Positions 8,257 through 19,200 of a DNA stretch of 43,892 bases are shown in pieces. The notes beneath the pieces were generated by a model. The model was not told the DNA's origin and made no database searches. It saw nothing but the letters and a program-made list of their open reading frames with translations. The stretch is from assembly GCA_964502895.1 (NCBI GenBank), contig CAZCZP010000003.1:1-43892 (forward strand), in the 5' to 3' direction. Positions within the stretch are counted from its first letter, which is position 1; each line of letters begins with the position of its first letter. A program made the position numbers and the translations under genes. The DNA comes from an uncultured Bifidobacteriaceae bacterium (GTDB taxonomy: Bacteria; Verrucomicrobiota; Verrucomicrobiia; Limisphaerales; JADLHS01).

Positions 8257-9396
8257 ATGAACGCACGACTCTGGATGTTGCCGCTGTGGGCGGCTCTTAC
8301 ATTTGGCACAAACACCAAAGCGCAGCCCGGGCCGCAGGTGGTTTCGCCCGAAGTTTCGCCGGAGCGCAAGTTGACATTCCGCATTCTTGCGCCCAAAGCG
8401 GAAAAGGTGCAGCTCGGTGGCAGCGGCGATATTCCGGGGACGGGTTTTGGCCAGTCCACACCGCTGACGAAGGGCAGCAACGGCGTTTGGGAAGTCACGG
8501 TCGGCCCGATTAATCCCGGCGCGTACCGCTACAATTTCAACGTGGATGGCGTGTCGGTGATTGATCCACGCAATCCGAAGACGAGCGAGTCCAATGAGAA
8601 CTCGTGGAGTCTTGTTCAGGTTCCCGGCGCGGATTTCATGGATACGAAGGACGTGCCGCATGGCGCGGTTTCCGCCGTCACCTACTGGTCCACAACGCTG
8701 AAGCGGTTTCGGCGGCTGCACGTTTACACGCCGCCGGGTTACGAATCGGGCAGTGACAAATTCCCGATCTTTTATCTGCTGCACGGGGCGTTTGATTCGG
8801 ATGATTCGTGGACCAGCGTGGGTCGCGCGGGTTTCATCCTCGACAATTTAATCGCTGCCGGCAAAGCGAAGCCGATGGTGGTGGTCATGCCGCACGGACA
8901 CACCGGCCCGTTCCGATTCGGTTCGGGCTTCACGGATGAGTTCGAGCGCGAGTTCGCCGCCGACATCATGCCGCAAATGGAAAAGCGGTATCGCGTTCAC
9001 ACGGATCGCGCGCATCGGGCGATGGCGGGGCTTTCGATGGGCGGGATGCACACGTTGAACATCGGGATTCCGAACCTGGAGAAATTCGCCTACCTCGGTG
9101 TTTACAGCTCTGGCATTTTCGGAATCGCCGGTGCGGGGCCGGGTGGCGGTGCGCAGGGCCCGGGCTTTGAAGAGAAACACAAAGCCATCCTCGATGACGC
9201 GAAGAAGAAAGAAGGGCTCAAGTTATTTTGGTTCGCCACAGGCAAGGATGATTTTCTGGTCCAGACTTCCCGCGCGACGGTGGAGATGTTCAAGCAGCAT
9301 CAGTTCGACGTGATCTACAAGGAAACCGACGGCGCGCATACTTGGGACAAATGGCGGGAGTATCTGAACGAGTTTGCGCCGAAGCTGTTTCAGTAA
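8257..9396 (+). CDS. Secreted esterase (alpha/beta hydrolase, 'putative esterase'/enterochelin-esterase-like family) with N-terminal Ig-like (E-set) domain
   Basis: Signal peptide MNARLWMLPLWAALTFGTNTKAQ. E-set-like region (KLTFRILAPKAEKVQLGG…GVWEVTVGPINPGAYRYNFNVDG). Esterase core FPIFYLLHGAFDSDDSW… with nucleophile elbow GLSMGG. Confidence 0.88.
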   Translation: MNARLWMLPLWAALTFGTNTKAQPGPQVVSPEVSPERKLTFRILAPKAEKVQLGGSGDIPGTGFGQSTPLTKGSNGVWEVTVGPINPGAYRYNFNVDGVSVIDPRNPKTSESNENSWSLVQVPGADFMDTKDVPHGAVSAVTYWSTTLKRFRRLHVYTPPGYESGSDKFPIFYLLHGAFDSDDSWTSVGRAGFILDNLIAAGKAKPMVVVMPHGHTGPFRFGSGFTDEFEREFAADIMPQMEKRYRVHTDRAHRAMAGLSMGGMHTLNIGIPNLEKFAYLGVYSSGIFGIAGAGPGGGAQGPGFEEKHKAILDDAKKKEGLKLFWFATGKDDFLVQTSRATVEMFKQHQFDVIYKETDGAHTWDKWREYLNEFAPKLFQ

Positions 9397-9591
9397 TTCC
9401 TTTCTGGCCGTCGAGGTTTTGTCCGGCAGTGACGCGGAAAAAGGGGAGGGACGCGTTCTCTGGCGTCGCTACCAAGGCGAATCGGGGACAACGGGGACCT
9501 TGCCAGCGAAGAATCCTCGGGGCACGGCTGCGGTTTATCTGGAATCGGCTTTCTGTTGCGCACACTTCAGCGTCTTGTCAGGATTCATCCC

Positions 9592-12500
9592 ATGCAAAAG
9601 CACCTCCTCTGGACCATCGTCGGATTGCTGCTCGTGGCCGGCGTGGTTTTGCTCTTGGTGCGCCGTCCCGAGGGCGATGCATTTGAGCGCCTGATGACGC
9701 GCGGCGCGGGTTATCTCGAACGCGGTGACGCGACGAACGCCATTGCGGTTTACTCGCAGGCGGTCGCTTTCGCGCCGGAAAGCCTGGATGCGCGGTTGAA
9801 TCTTGCCAATGCTTACCTCCTGGCCGGGGAGGACCAAAAGGTCATCGAACAATGCCACGAGGCGCTGAATCTGGATCACGAAAGCGGCGCGGCTTATTAC
9901 CTGATGGGCGTGGCGCATCTGCATTTGAACCAAGCCGAGCAAGCGGTGCAGGCGTTTCAGCAGTCGCAGCGAATCGAGCCTGCCGTCACGGCGTTGAACT
10001 TTCAACTGGGTCTCGCGCAGGAACGGCTCGGGCATATTGATGAAGCGGTCGCCACGTTTGAAACGATGCTGCAGTTCGAACCGGAGCATCCGTCCGCGCA
10101 TTACCAGTTGAGCCGGCTGTATCAGCGTGCGAATCGTGCCGAGGATGCCGCCAAGGAAATGGAGAAGCATCAGCAGATCGTGGCGAAGAATCCGGACCGG
10201 CCCGCCGGTTCGCGGCCATTCGAGGTCTGCAAATACACCGAGCCGCGAATGGCGTTCAAGCTGGAGCAGCCCGACGCGCGCGGGATTTCAGTGCGCTTTG
10301 GGGACGCGACCGCCGAGGCGTTCGGACCGCGTGCGGGTGAGTATCGCGCGCCGATGGCGGTGCTGGATTACAATCATGACGGGCGGAACAGTCTGTTTGT
10401 GATGGAGGGGCAAAATGCTTTTCGGTTGTTGAACAATCAGGGCGGACGATTCGAGCCAGGGGATCAGTTGCTGGCGGGAAAGCCGGACGTGGTTTATCGA
10501 GATTGCCTTGTCGGCGATCTGAACAACGATCGTTTTGAAGACGTGGTCGTTCTCGGAGAACAGGCTTCGCACGCGTTTCGATTTGCCACGAACGGAGAGG
10601 CGCGGGAGGTGACGACGGCCGCAGGCTTGCAGGATTTGAGAGGACGCGACGGCTGGCTGGCGGATTTGGACTTCACGGGCCGGCTTGATTTGTTGACCGT
10701 CCAACCGGATGGCCAAGGGCTGCGCGTTCACCGAAACCTTGGCAATTTCTATTTCAAGGAGGACACGACCAATTCCGGCCTGCCTGCGGTGATGTCGGGA
10801 GTGGAGCATGTGGCGGTCGAAGATTGGAATAACGAAGACCTGCCCGGCGTAATTATCAGCCGCCAAAACCAACCGCCTGTTTATTTTCCCAAACAACGTG
10901 CGGGCACGTTCGTTGAAACGAACTCACCCGCGGATTGGCCGGTGGGGAGCACTATCGCGACCGGAGATTTGAACAATGACCTGCGGCCTGACCTGGTTGT
11001 GGGTGGGGCGGACGAGGTTGCGATTGTTTTCGGCGGGGCCGTGCCGCGCGGGCGGATTCCCGTGAAAACCCAGCCCAAGGGAATTCTGCTGGCTGATTAC
11101 GACAATGACGGCTGGCTGGATGTCATTTGTTTTGGAACCGAGGTTCGGGCTTGGCGCAATTTGGGAAAAGGTGGCTTTGCGGACGAGACCTCGGCTTTAG
11201 GCCTGGACAAAATCGGGCAGATCGAAACCGCCGTCGCCGCTGACTTTGACAACGACGCCGACACCGACTTGGTTTTGGGCACGGCCGGCGGGTTGCGATT
11301 CCTGCGAAACGAAGGCGGCAACGCGAACAAACAACTCAAACTGCGGCTGATCGGGAATCGGTCGAACGCCAGTGGGCTTGGGGTAAGAGTGGACGTAATG
11401 GCTGGGCGCTGGCGCACGCGGCGGTCTTTGCAGAAGTTGCCGTTCGAGATCGGCGTGGGTAAGCATGACAAGATTGACGCGCTCAAGATTCACTGGTTCG
11501 ACCTAGCCACGACCGCAGTGGATGTGCAGGTTCAGGCGCAGGCGTTTCCGATGGTTGAGTTGACTGTGCCCGCCGGCTCGTGCCCTTATCTCTACGCTTG
11601 GGATGGGAAACGATTCAGGTTCGTGACGGATATCCTGGGCGCATCACCGCTGGGTCTTCCCGTTGCAAAGGGCCGATACATCGAAGCTGACCCTGAAGAA
11701 TTCTTGGCTTTGGGCGATGACAAACAGTTCCCACCCAAGGACGGTAAATACGAGGTCAGGATTACTGAGGAGCTTAGAGAGGTGCTTTACCTTGACCATG
11801 CGAAGTTGGTTGTCGTTGATCATCCGGTCGGCACCGTGGTCCACCCGACGAGCAAGCTGCGCCCGGGCAAACCCTTTCCCCCGCACGAACTGTGGACGCT
11901 GCAACCACTGGCCTCGCCGAGGCGGGCTTTCCGCAACGATCAGTTGGATGTGACTGAAGCCTTGGCGCGCTGTGATAAAGTGATGGTTTCGCCAGTGAAG
12001 CTCCGCGAACCTCAGTTGCGCGGCCTGGCCGAGCCGTTTTCGGTAACAATGGATTTTGGTGACCTGCCCACGAACAAGCCCTTGGTGTTGGCGCTGACCG
12101 GCTGGCTGCGCTTTGGCGGTGGGATGGCAAACGTCGCTGCGTCTCTTGACGCGAAACTTCCGTTTCCTTTCCCCCGCTTGGAAGCGGAACTTCCTGACGG
12201 TTCATGGAAACCCGTTGCGGCAGATGTCGGAGCGCCCTCGGGCAAGACTAAAACAATTCTTGTCGAGTTGGAAAACAAACTGCTGCCTGGGGTTCGCCGG
12301 CTACGCCTGACCTCGGCGTTTGAGATTCACTGGGACTTGGCGTTGCTCTGCGAAAAAGCGGACCATTCACAAAGCCGACACACTGCATTAGCGGCGGAAC
12401 GCACCGATCTCCGTTGGCACGGCTTCGGCGAGTTTGAAGAATTGCCGGATCATCTTCCGCTCACCCCTCGATACGAACAAACGCGATCAACTCCGCCTTG

Positions 12501-12861
12501 GAATCGCACGCCAGGCGGCTGGTGTACTCGCTATGGCCCGGTGGACGAATTGGTCCGGGATACCGATGGTGAATTGGTCCTGCTCAATGGTGGCGACGAA
12601 CTGGCGCTGACTTTTCGAGCGGACCAGTTGCCGCCCAAGCTGGATGGGTTCTCGCGGGATTTTTTCTTGCACGTGGTGGGATGGGACAAAGATGGTGATT
12701 TCCACGTAGGCGAAGGCTGGCGCGTGGAGCCGTTGCCGTTCGTGGGGATGGATGATCAGGCATACGGCGGGCCTGGAGCGCGGACCATCCCGCCCAGGAT
12801 GCTAAATTTCACGACGCGCTGGGTAGGACCGCGAGTGTTGACGAAAGTGATCGAGCGTTAA
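9592..12861 (+). CDS. TPR repeat + FG-GAP/VCBS repeat + ASPIC/UnbV domain protein (CRTAC1-family-like) with a long C-terminal extension
   Basis: Signal-anchor MQKHLLWTIVGLLLVAGVVLLLV. TPR repeats (GDATNAIAVYSQAVAFAPESLDARLNLANAYLLAG…). Repeated D-x-N-x-D-G / DxDxDG propeller motifs (DYNHDGRNSLFV, GDLNNDRFEDVV, GDLNNDLRPDLVV, ADYDNDGWLDVI, ADFDNDADTDLVL). ASPIC/UnbV-like segment LKLRLIGNRSNASGLGVRVDV. The ORF track begins at a TTG (9556); the ATG at 9592 gives the typical N-terminus. Confidence 0.9.
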   Translation: MQKHLLWTIVGLLLVAGVVLLLVRRPEGDAFERLMTRGAGYLERGDATNAIAVYSQAVAFAPESLDARLNLANAYLLAGEDQKVIEQCHEALNLDHESGAAYYLMGVAHLHLNQAEQAVQAFQQSQRIEPAVTALNFQLGLAQERLGHIDEAVATFETMLQFEPEHPSAHYQLSRLYQRANRAEDAAKEMEKHQQIVAKNPDRPAGSRPFEVCKYTEPRMAFKLEQPDARGISVRFGDATAEAFGPRAGEYRAPMAVLDYNHDGRNSLFVMEGQNAFRLLNNQGGRFEPGDQLLAGKPDVVYRDCLVGDLNNDRFEDVVVLGEQASHAFRFATNGEAREVTTAAGLQDLRGRDGWLADLDFTGRLDLLTVQPDGQGLRVHRNLGNFYFKEDTTNSGLPAVMSGVEHVAVEDWNNEDLPGVIISRQNQPPVYFPKQRAGTFVETNSPADWPVGSTIATGDLNNDLRPDLVVGGADEVAIVFGGAVPRGRIPVKTQPKGILLADYDNDGWLDVICFGTEVRAWRNLGKGGFADETSALGLDKIGQIETAVAADFDNDADTDLVLGTAGGLRFLRNEGGNANKQLKLRLIGNRSNASGLGVRVDVMAGRWRTRRSLQKLPFEIGVGKHDKIDALKIHWFDLATTAVDVQVQAQAFPMVELTVPAGSCPYLYAWDGKRFRFVTDILGASPLGLPVAKGRYIEADPEEFLALGDDKQFPPKDGKYEVRITEELREVLYLDHAKLVVVDHPVGTVVHPTSKLRPGKPFPPHELWTLQPLASPRRAFRNDQLDVTEALARCDKVMVSPVKLREPQLRGLAEPFSVTMDFGDLPTNKPLVLALTGWLRFGGGMANVAASLDAKLPFPFPRLEAELPDGSWKPVAADVGAPSGKTKTILVELENKLLPGVRRLRLTSAFEIHWDLALLCEKADHSQSRHTALAAERTDLRWHGFGEFEELPDHLPLTPRYEQTRSTPPWNRTPGGWCTRYGPVDELVRDTDGELVLLNGGDELALTFRADQLPPKLDGFSRDFFLHVVGWDKDGDFHVGEGWRVEPLPFVGMDDQAYGGPGARTIPPRMLNFTTRWVGPRVLTKVIER

Positions 12862-13065
12862 GTTCGCGGGCGGGTTGAGCAGTCGGTGACAACCGGCAAG
12901 GATTGAGGGCTGAGTGGCTTGGCAACCGATGCTTGTGACACTTTTCAGGGCCAACTTGAAAATATTTCTTGCATTCGTGCAACGATTTTGTTTCATTGAA
13001 AACGTCCCTAACAAATCCAGTAGTAAAAAAGTCGCACCAAAGCACCCAATCGCTATCCAGCGTTT

Positions 13066-16000
13066 ATGAAAATCCCAACCCAGATTCCCTTGGCAATCCT
13101 TTCGGCATGCTTCCTTGCAGGTAGTGGCAGTTCAATGTTAGGCGCGTCAATCGGAGCCAGCTTTATCGGCCGAGGTGCTGGCGCCGGCGCGATTCTGTTG
13201 CCATCGGAAACGGCTGGCGCCGTGCCCCAGTCTTCTTGGAACAACGTTGACTCTGGCGACCCGGTCGTTGACGGCACGACGCTTTCGTTGCTCGACAGCG
13301 CAGGGAGTTTCACAGGCGTTAAGATCATCTACGACGCCGGCGATAGTTGGAACAGCGATGGCGGCACTGCCACGCCTGACGAGAAACTCATGAAGGGCAT
13401 CATCAAAGCCAACCCAGATCCGGACTTGGCGCCGATAAACAACAGCGATCGCATGGTGTTCACGATCACCAACCTTCCTGCGGGTGCCACGTATAATGTG
13501 CTCGTGTACTCGTCAGAGAACGGCGCTGGTGCCCGGATGGACCTGACGGTCGGGGCGACCACGTATTACATTGATCAGATCAACAATTTTAGCGTGCAAT
13601 CAGGTGGATTGTTTGTGCCAGCTACTTCGACCACAGCCGGGGCGTATGAGTTTGGACCGAATTACGCCGGCTACACGAACGTTTCGCCTGCCGCCAACGG
13701 AACGATTACGATTACGGCGAAGAAATTAATTGAAGACAACGGGGCTGGCGCACAGATAAATGATGGCATCGGTGTGGCCGGCATTCAGTTGGTTCAGGTT
13801 TCCGGGCCGGCATTTCCCCCCAACACAGACACTTGTTCGATCACCACCAACCCCCAAGACACTTTCGCCGTTGTAGGTGGCACGGCGACATTTACGGTTG
13901 TGGCTCAAGGGCCATCCAAGATTCAATGGACGAAGAACGGCACGCCGATTGCCGGCGCGATCAACCCGACGCTCGTTTACACCCCCGTTTTGGCTGATGA
14001 TGGTGCGCAGATTCGCGCCGTCGTTTACAACAACGTCATTACTAACACCAGTACGGCTGCCACGCTGTTTGTTGACCCCGTCACTCCGCCCACGCTGACA
14101 CAAGGATTCCTGACCGTTGAACGTTGGGAGGGTATCGGCGGCACGGCCGTTAGTGCGGTGCAAGCTGCCATTGAAACCCCCACTGCCCCGACCCGGACGT
14201 TATTTGCTGCAGGTCCCAACCTCGCGCAGACAAGCCCCAACGTGAACGATTTCGGGGCCAGAGTGTCCGGTTGGGTCAAGCCAGACGTGACCGGTGACTA
14301 CCACTTTTTCATTCGTAGTGACGATGCTTCCGCCTTGTTCATCAATTCCACCAACACAACAAGCGGGACGAATGCAATGCCTGACCACACGGCTGCAACC
14401 GGCGTTGCGGTGGCGCAGGAGACTGGTTGCTGCGAAGGCTTCAAAGAGCCGAACCCGGGAGTAGGGCAGCCGTACGAAACGACAACCGACGCCATCCACC
14501 TCGAAGCGGGCAAGTTGTACGCTATTGTTGCGTTGATTAAAGAAGGCGGCGGTGGTGATTTTCTGCAAGTAGCATGGCGTTTGACTACCGACAGCACGCC
14601 TGCCAGTCAGTTACAGCCTATCCCGGCCGCTAATTGCTTCACCATGGCCAGCGGTGCAGGGCAAAGAGCCAGCATTACGACACAGCCTGTTTCCGCCTCC
14701 GCAGTTGAAGGACGTTCAGCTTCCTTTAGCGTGGGTGTAACTACCATGCCAGTGGCGGGACTGTTCGGAGTTCAGTGGCTTAAGAACGGAAGCCCGGTTG
14801 TTGGTGCTACGACGACTCCTTACGCAACGCCGCCAGTGGCCTTGGCAGATAATAACGCTCAGTACCAAGCAGTGGCCTTTACACTGCGAGGTCCCCTTAC
14901 AAGTTCGCCGCCCGCGGTTCTCACGGTCATTCCTGATACCTTCCCTCCCATACCAGCCGCTGGTGCGATCACGAAGTTCGGCGCGGGCGTACAAGTTGGT
15001 ATCGGCTTCGATGAAGCCGTCAATCAGGCCGATTTGGTGCCCGGCAATTTCACCGTGCTTGGCGCCACGACGGCGACGGTTTCGTTCCCGACGAATTCAT
15101 ACGGAGACTACAAAGGCATCCTCATTGACACGACGGGATTGGTAGCAGGCAATACGTACACTGCCCGGGTTTCCAATGTGCGCGACTTGAAGGGCAATCA
15201 AATACCCGCCGGCGGAGTGGACGTGCCCTTCACTGTTGGCAACAACATCGGTTGGGCGGAATCCGGCGTACCCAAGAGGCCGGGTCAGGTTATCCCAGTT
15301 GGCGCGGATGGCTTTGACATCCTGAACGGTGGCCGCAAGGAATGGGAGGCATACGATGAAATAACCATGGCCTATACCAAGAAGACCAATGACTTTGACG
15401 TGCGAGTGCAAGTTGTCTATGCCGAGCCGGGCAGCCAATGGACGCGCGTTGGTCTGATGGCTCGTAACGAACTGGATGTGGGTGAGGGTGACGGAACGGG
15501 TGGTGTGAACGCTGATGCGAGTGCATACGCCCAAACACATGTGAACCCAAGCCAGACTTTGTGGAGTTCCGGGCGCATCGACCCGACCGGGCTCACGCCA
15601 GCGAACACAACTCCCAACAATGGGCATGAGCAGAATCAACGGCTGGCGAAGGGCGTGGGTACCTCGGGCTGGGGAGCTGCAGGCACTTCGCCCACGTATC
15701 CGAATGCGTGGCTCAGGCTGCAACGTCGTGGTTCAACCCTCCGTGGCTTCCGGAGTATGGACGGCACGACATGGGTTGACCAGGGCACGACGACGCTGAC
15801 CGATCAGCAGGCGGACATGTTCGTAGGACCGTTCATAGCCGTGGAAACCGGTAACATCTGGAATGGTGCCGATCATAATGTCTTTACGTCGCCCTTTGAT
15901 CCGAAGTTTGACCGGCTGTTTCTGGCTCAATTCCGCAACTTCGGCGACATAGTAACTGTGGTTACGCCGACCCTGAGTATCAGCGGCTCCGGGGCGAATA

Positions 16001-16137
16001 CGATTATCACTTACACAGGGGTCCTGCAATCATCCGCGGTGGTTACCGGGCCTTACACCGATGTCAGTGGGGCTACGAGTCCCTACTCAACACCCTCCAC
16101 TGGTCCGGAAAGATACTTCCGCGCCAGGTCGCCGTAA
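13066..16137 (+). CDS. Large secreted protein: N-terminal unknown domain, two Ig-like (I-set-type) domains, a PA14-like domain, and a C-terminal concanavalin/LamG-like domain
   Basis: Signal peptide MKIPTQIPLAILSACFLAGSG. Ig-like repeats (ITTNPQDTFAVVGGTATFTVVAQGPSKIQWTKNGTPIAG… and ITTQPVSASAVEGRSASFSVGV…VQWLKNGSPVVG…). PA14 hallmark GWVKPDVTGDYHFFIRSDDASALFINS…LYAIVALIKEGGGGDFLQVAWR (about nt 14098-14640). LamG/ConA-like WTRVGLMARNEL…WLRLQRRGSTLRGFRSMDGTTWVDQG. Ends ERYFRARSP. Confidence 0.9.
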   Translation: MKIPTQIPLAILSACFLAGSGSSMLGASIGASFIGRGAGAGAILLPSETAGAVPQSSWNNVDSGDPVVDGTTLSLLDSAGSFTGVKIIYDAGDSWNSDGGTATPDEKLMKGIIKANPDPDLAPINNSDRMVFTITNLPAGATYNVLVYSSENGAGARMDLTVGATTYYIDQINNFSVQSGGLFVPATSTTAGAYEFGPNYAGYTNVSPAANGTITITAKKLIEDNGAGAQINDGIGVAGIQLVQVSGPAFPPNTDTCSITTNPQDTFAVVGGTATFTVVAQGPSKIQWTKNGTPIAGAINPTLVYTPVLADDGAQIRAVVYNNVITNTSTAATLFVDPVTPPTLTQGFLTVERWEGIGGTAVSAVQAAIETPTAPTRTLFAAGPNLAQTSPNVNDFGARVSGWVKPDVTGDYHFFIRSDDASALFINSTNTTSGTNAMPDHTAATGVAVAQETGCCEGFKEPNPGVGQPYETTTDAIHLEAGKLYAIVALIKEGGGGDFLQVAWRLTTDSTPASQLQPIPAANCFTMASGAGQRASITTQPVSASAVEGRSASFSVGVTTMPVAGLFGVQWLKNGSPVVGATTTPYATPPVALADNNAQYQAVAFTLRGPLTSSPPAVLTVIPDTFPPIPAAGAITKFGAGVQVGIGFDEAVNQADLVPGNFTVLGATTATVSFPTNSYGDYKGILIDTTGLVAGNTYTARVSNVRDLKGNQIPAGGVDVPFTVGNNIGWAESGVPKRPGQVIPVGADGFDILNGGRKEWEAYDEITMAYTKKTNDFDVRVQVVYAEPGSQWTRVGLMARNELDVGEGDGTGGVNADASAYAQTHVNPSQTLWSSGRIDPTGLTPANTTPNNGHEQNQRLAKGVGTSGWGAAGTSPTYPNAWLRLQRRGSTLRGFRSMDGTTWVDQGTTTLTDQQADMFVGPFIAVETGNIWNGADHNVFTSPFDPKFDRLFLAQFRNFGDIVTVVTPTLSISGSGANTIITYTGVLQSSAVVTGPYTDVSGATSPYSTPSTGPERYFRARSP

Positions 16138-16166
16138 TTGACTTCGCATTGATTGTTCGATTCATC

Positions 16167-16200
16167 GAAGACCGGATGATTTCATCCGGTCTTCGCCATT
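16167..16200 (+). terminator. Probable intrinsic terminator after the PA14-protein gene
   Basis: Perfect 13-nt inverted repeat GAAGACCGGATGA-tt-TCATCCGGTCTTC (16167-16194) followed by GCCATTTTC. Sits 30 nt after the stop at 16137 and before the next start at 16228. Confidence 0.55.
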
Positions 16201-16227
16201 TTCGGGAAAGAGGATTGCAGGAAGCCG

Positions 16228-19200
16228 GTGAAAGCACAGAATAGGTGGAGTCGAAGTTCCAAAGCCAAACTTGCATTTGCCGTGTTCCGTTTCCGCAATA
16301 ATCACATTCTGCTTCTGGTCATGCTCGGTTGTTTCTCCTGGCGGGCAACCGGCGCGGACTACAAATGGGAAGATGGCCCGAATTTCCGACGCGTGAAACT
16401 TCATCCGAACGGTGCCGGCAAGGATGGATTTACCCAATTGTCTCCTCAAGAAACTCAAATTCATTTTGCCAACACTCTCTCTGAGGAAAGAACGCTATCC
16501 AGTCAGATTCTGCCCAGCGGTTCCGGGGTTGCTGCCGGGGACGTGGATGGCGATGGATTGTGCGACCTCTATTTCGGCGCGCTGAAGACGGGAAGCCGCC
16601 TTTACCGGAATCTTGGAAATTGGAAGTTCGAGGACATCACTGGCAGGACCGGCGTTGGTTGCCCGAATCTGGATGTAACCGGCGCGGCGCTGGTGGATTT
16701 CGACGGCGATGGCGACCTGGACCTGATTGTGAATTCGCTGGGTGGAGGCACACATTTTTTCGTAAACGACGGCAAAGGCAATTTTACGGGTTCAAAGGAA
16801 GTCCTCAACGTCGGCCTGGGTGGGATGCCGCTGGCATTGGCCGATTATGACGGGGACGGGTGGTTGGACCTCTACGTGGCGAATTACCGGCTTAACTCAA
16901 TCGCTGATCGGGACGTACGCTACAGTTTGAGGACCGTCGGGGGAGAACTTGTCGTTGCCGCCATCAACGGCAAACCGTTGACCGACCCCGAGTGGACCAA
17001 TCGGTTTCAATTTCAAATCAAGCACGAGGGCGGAAATGTCCGGTTTGCCAAAGAGGAACTGGGTGAACCGGATGTACTGTATCGGAACGTGGGCAAAGGC
17101 GAATTCAAACAGGTGCCCTGGACCGGAGGTGTATTCCTGGATGAAACCGGCGAACCGTTGAAACACCCACCGTTCGATTGGGGATTAAGCGTCATGTTTC
17201 ACGACCTGAACGGTGATGGGAAACCCGACATATACGTCTGCAACGACTTTAACTCCCCCGATCGCATTTGGATTAATGCCGGACAAGGGCGCTTCCGCGC
17301 CATGGACTGGACCGCCATCCGGCAAATCCCATTTTCCTCGATGGGCGTTGATGTTGCCGACGTGGACGGAGATGGATTCGAGGACATATTTGTGTGTGAG
17401 ATGTTGAGCCGGGAGCATCAGCGACGCCTGGTGCAACGACCCAATTCCATGCCGGAAGTTCCTTCACCGGGCAGGATCCAGGACCGGCCACAACATGCCC
17501 GGAATATGCTCTACTTGAACCGTCGTGACGGCACTTACGCCGAAGTCGCCCAGTATGCCGGCCTCGAAGCATCCGAGTGGTCGTGGACGCCCATGTTTCT
17601 GGACGTAGATCTGGATGGCTATCCCGATTTGCTCGTCGCCAACGGCTTTGCGCGCGACAACATGAACGTTGACGCCCTGGAAGCCATGCACCGGGCGAGC
17701 AGGGGTCAACCGGAATCGGCCCAGGTTACCATACAGCAACGACGACTATTCCCAAAACTGGCCACGCCCAACTGCGCCTTTCGCAATCTTGGAGGCGTAA
17801 GATTCACCGAAGTCGGGCGGGTATGGGGATTCGATTCAGCCGTGATTTCGCAAGGAATGTGTCTGGCGGATCTTGACAACGATGGCGACTTGGACGCGGT
17901 GGCCAACAATTTTAACAGCCCCGCGAGCATTTATCGCAACGACGCCGCCAAGCCGCGCGTTGCCGTAATGTTGAAGGGCCTGCCGCCCAACACCCGGGGC
18001 ATCGGCGCAAAGATTCGCGTTTATGGCGGGCCCGTGCCCGCACAATCCCAGCAGATGATCTGCGGTGGGCGTTATCTTTCGTCCGATCAACCCTTGCGCG
18101 TGTTTGCTGCTGGCGCGCTGACGAACTTGTTGCGGATCGAGGTGGACTGGCCGCGCGGATCGCGAAGCGTCGTGAATGGCGCGGTGGCCAACTTCGTTTA
18201 TGAAATAAATGAAGCCGGCGCGGTTCCGTTTACGCGGCAATCGGCGGCAACGAATTCCCCCTTTTTTCAAGATGTCAGCCGATTGCTTTCGCACGAGCAC
18301 CACGACGATGCCTCCGACGATTTCGCCCGCCAACCAACATTGCCGCGGCGATTGAGCCAGTTGGGTCCCGGTTTGTGCTGGAGTGATGTTGACGGTGACG
18401 GCTGGGACGATCTGGCGATTGGCGGCGGGAAAGGAGGCGCCCTAGCGGTATTGATGAACGATCGGCAGGGTGGCTTCACGCAAAGCCGCGTTTCGACTCC
18501 GGCCAAGCCGTTGACGCGCGACCAAACCGGTGTGCTCGCGTGGCCGCGAACACCTGAGCGCGTGGTCGTCTTGGGCGGATCGGCAAATTACGAGGATGGC
18601 TCTGCGGATGGCGCAAGCGTGTTGGTACATGACCCGATAGCAGGAACCGCAAGCGGACTCATTCCGGCCAGACAGGAAAGCGTTGGCCCTTTGGCGTTGG
18701 GTGATTTGGCTGGTAATGATGAACTGGCACTGTTCGTTGGCGGGCGCATGATCGCTGGCAAATATCCACAGGCGGCGAGTTCACGCATTTTCCGCAGCCG
18801 CGCAGGCAAATTGGAGCTGGACGAAGCGAGCAGCAAAGTGCTTGAACAAGTTGGGCTGGTGAGCGGCGCGGTCTGGAGCGACCTGGACGGCGACGGCTTA
18901 CCCGAATTGCTGCTCGCATGTGAGTGGGGCCCTTTGAAAATATTCCGAAACGTGAATGGCAAACTTCACCCGTGGAACCCGCCGGTCACCACCACCACCA
19001 ACTCTTCATCCTCAACTCTCAACCAGCTTACAGGTTGGTGGAATGGAATCACCACAGGCGACTTCGATGGCGACGGTCGGCTTGACATTATTGCCAGCAA
19101 CTGGGGCCAAAACTCGAAGTACGAACGCCATCGCGCGTCGCCCCTGCGCGTGTATTTCGGCGACTTCTCCGGCCAAGGCATGCACGCCGTGTTGGAATCC

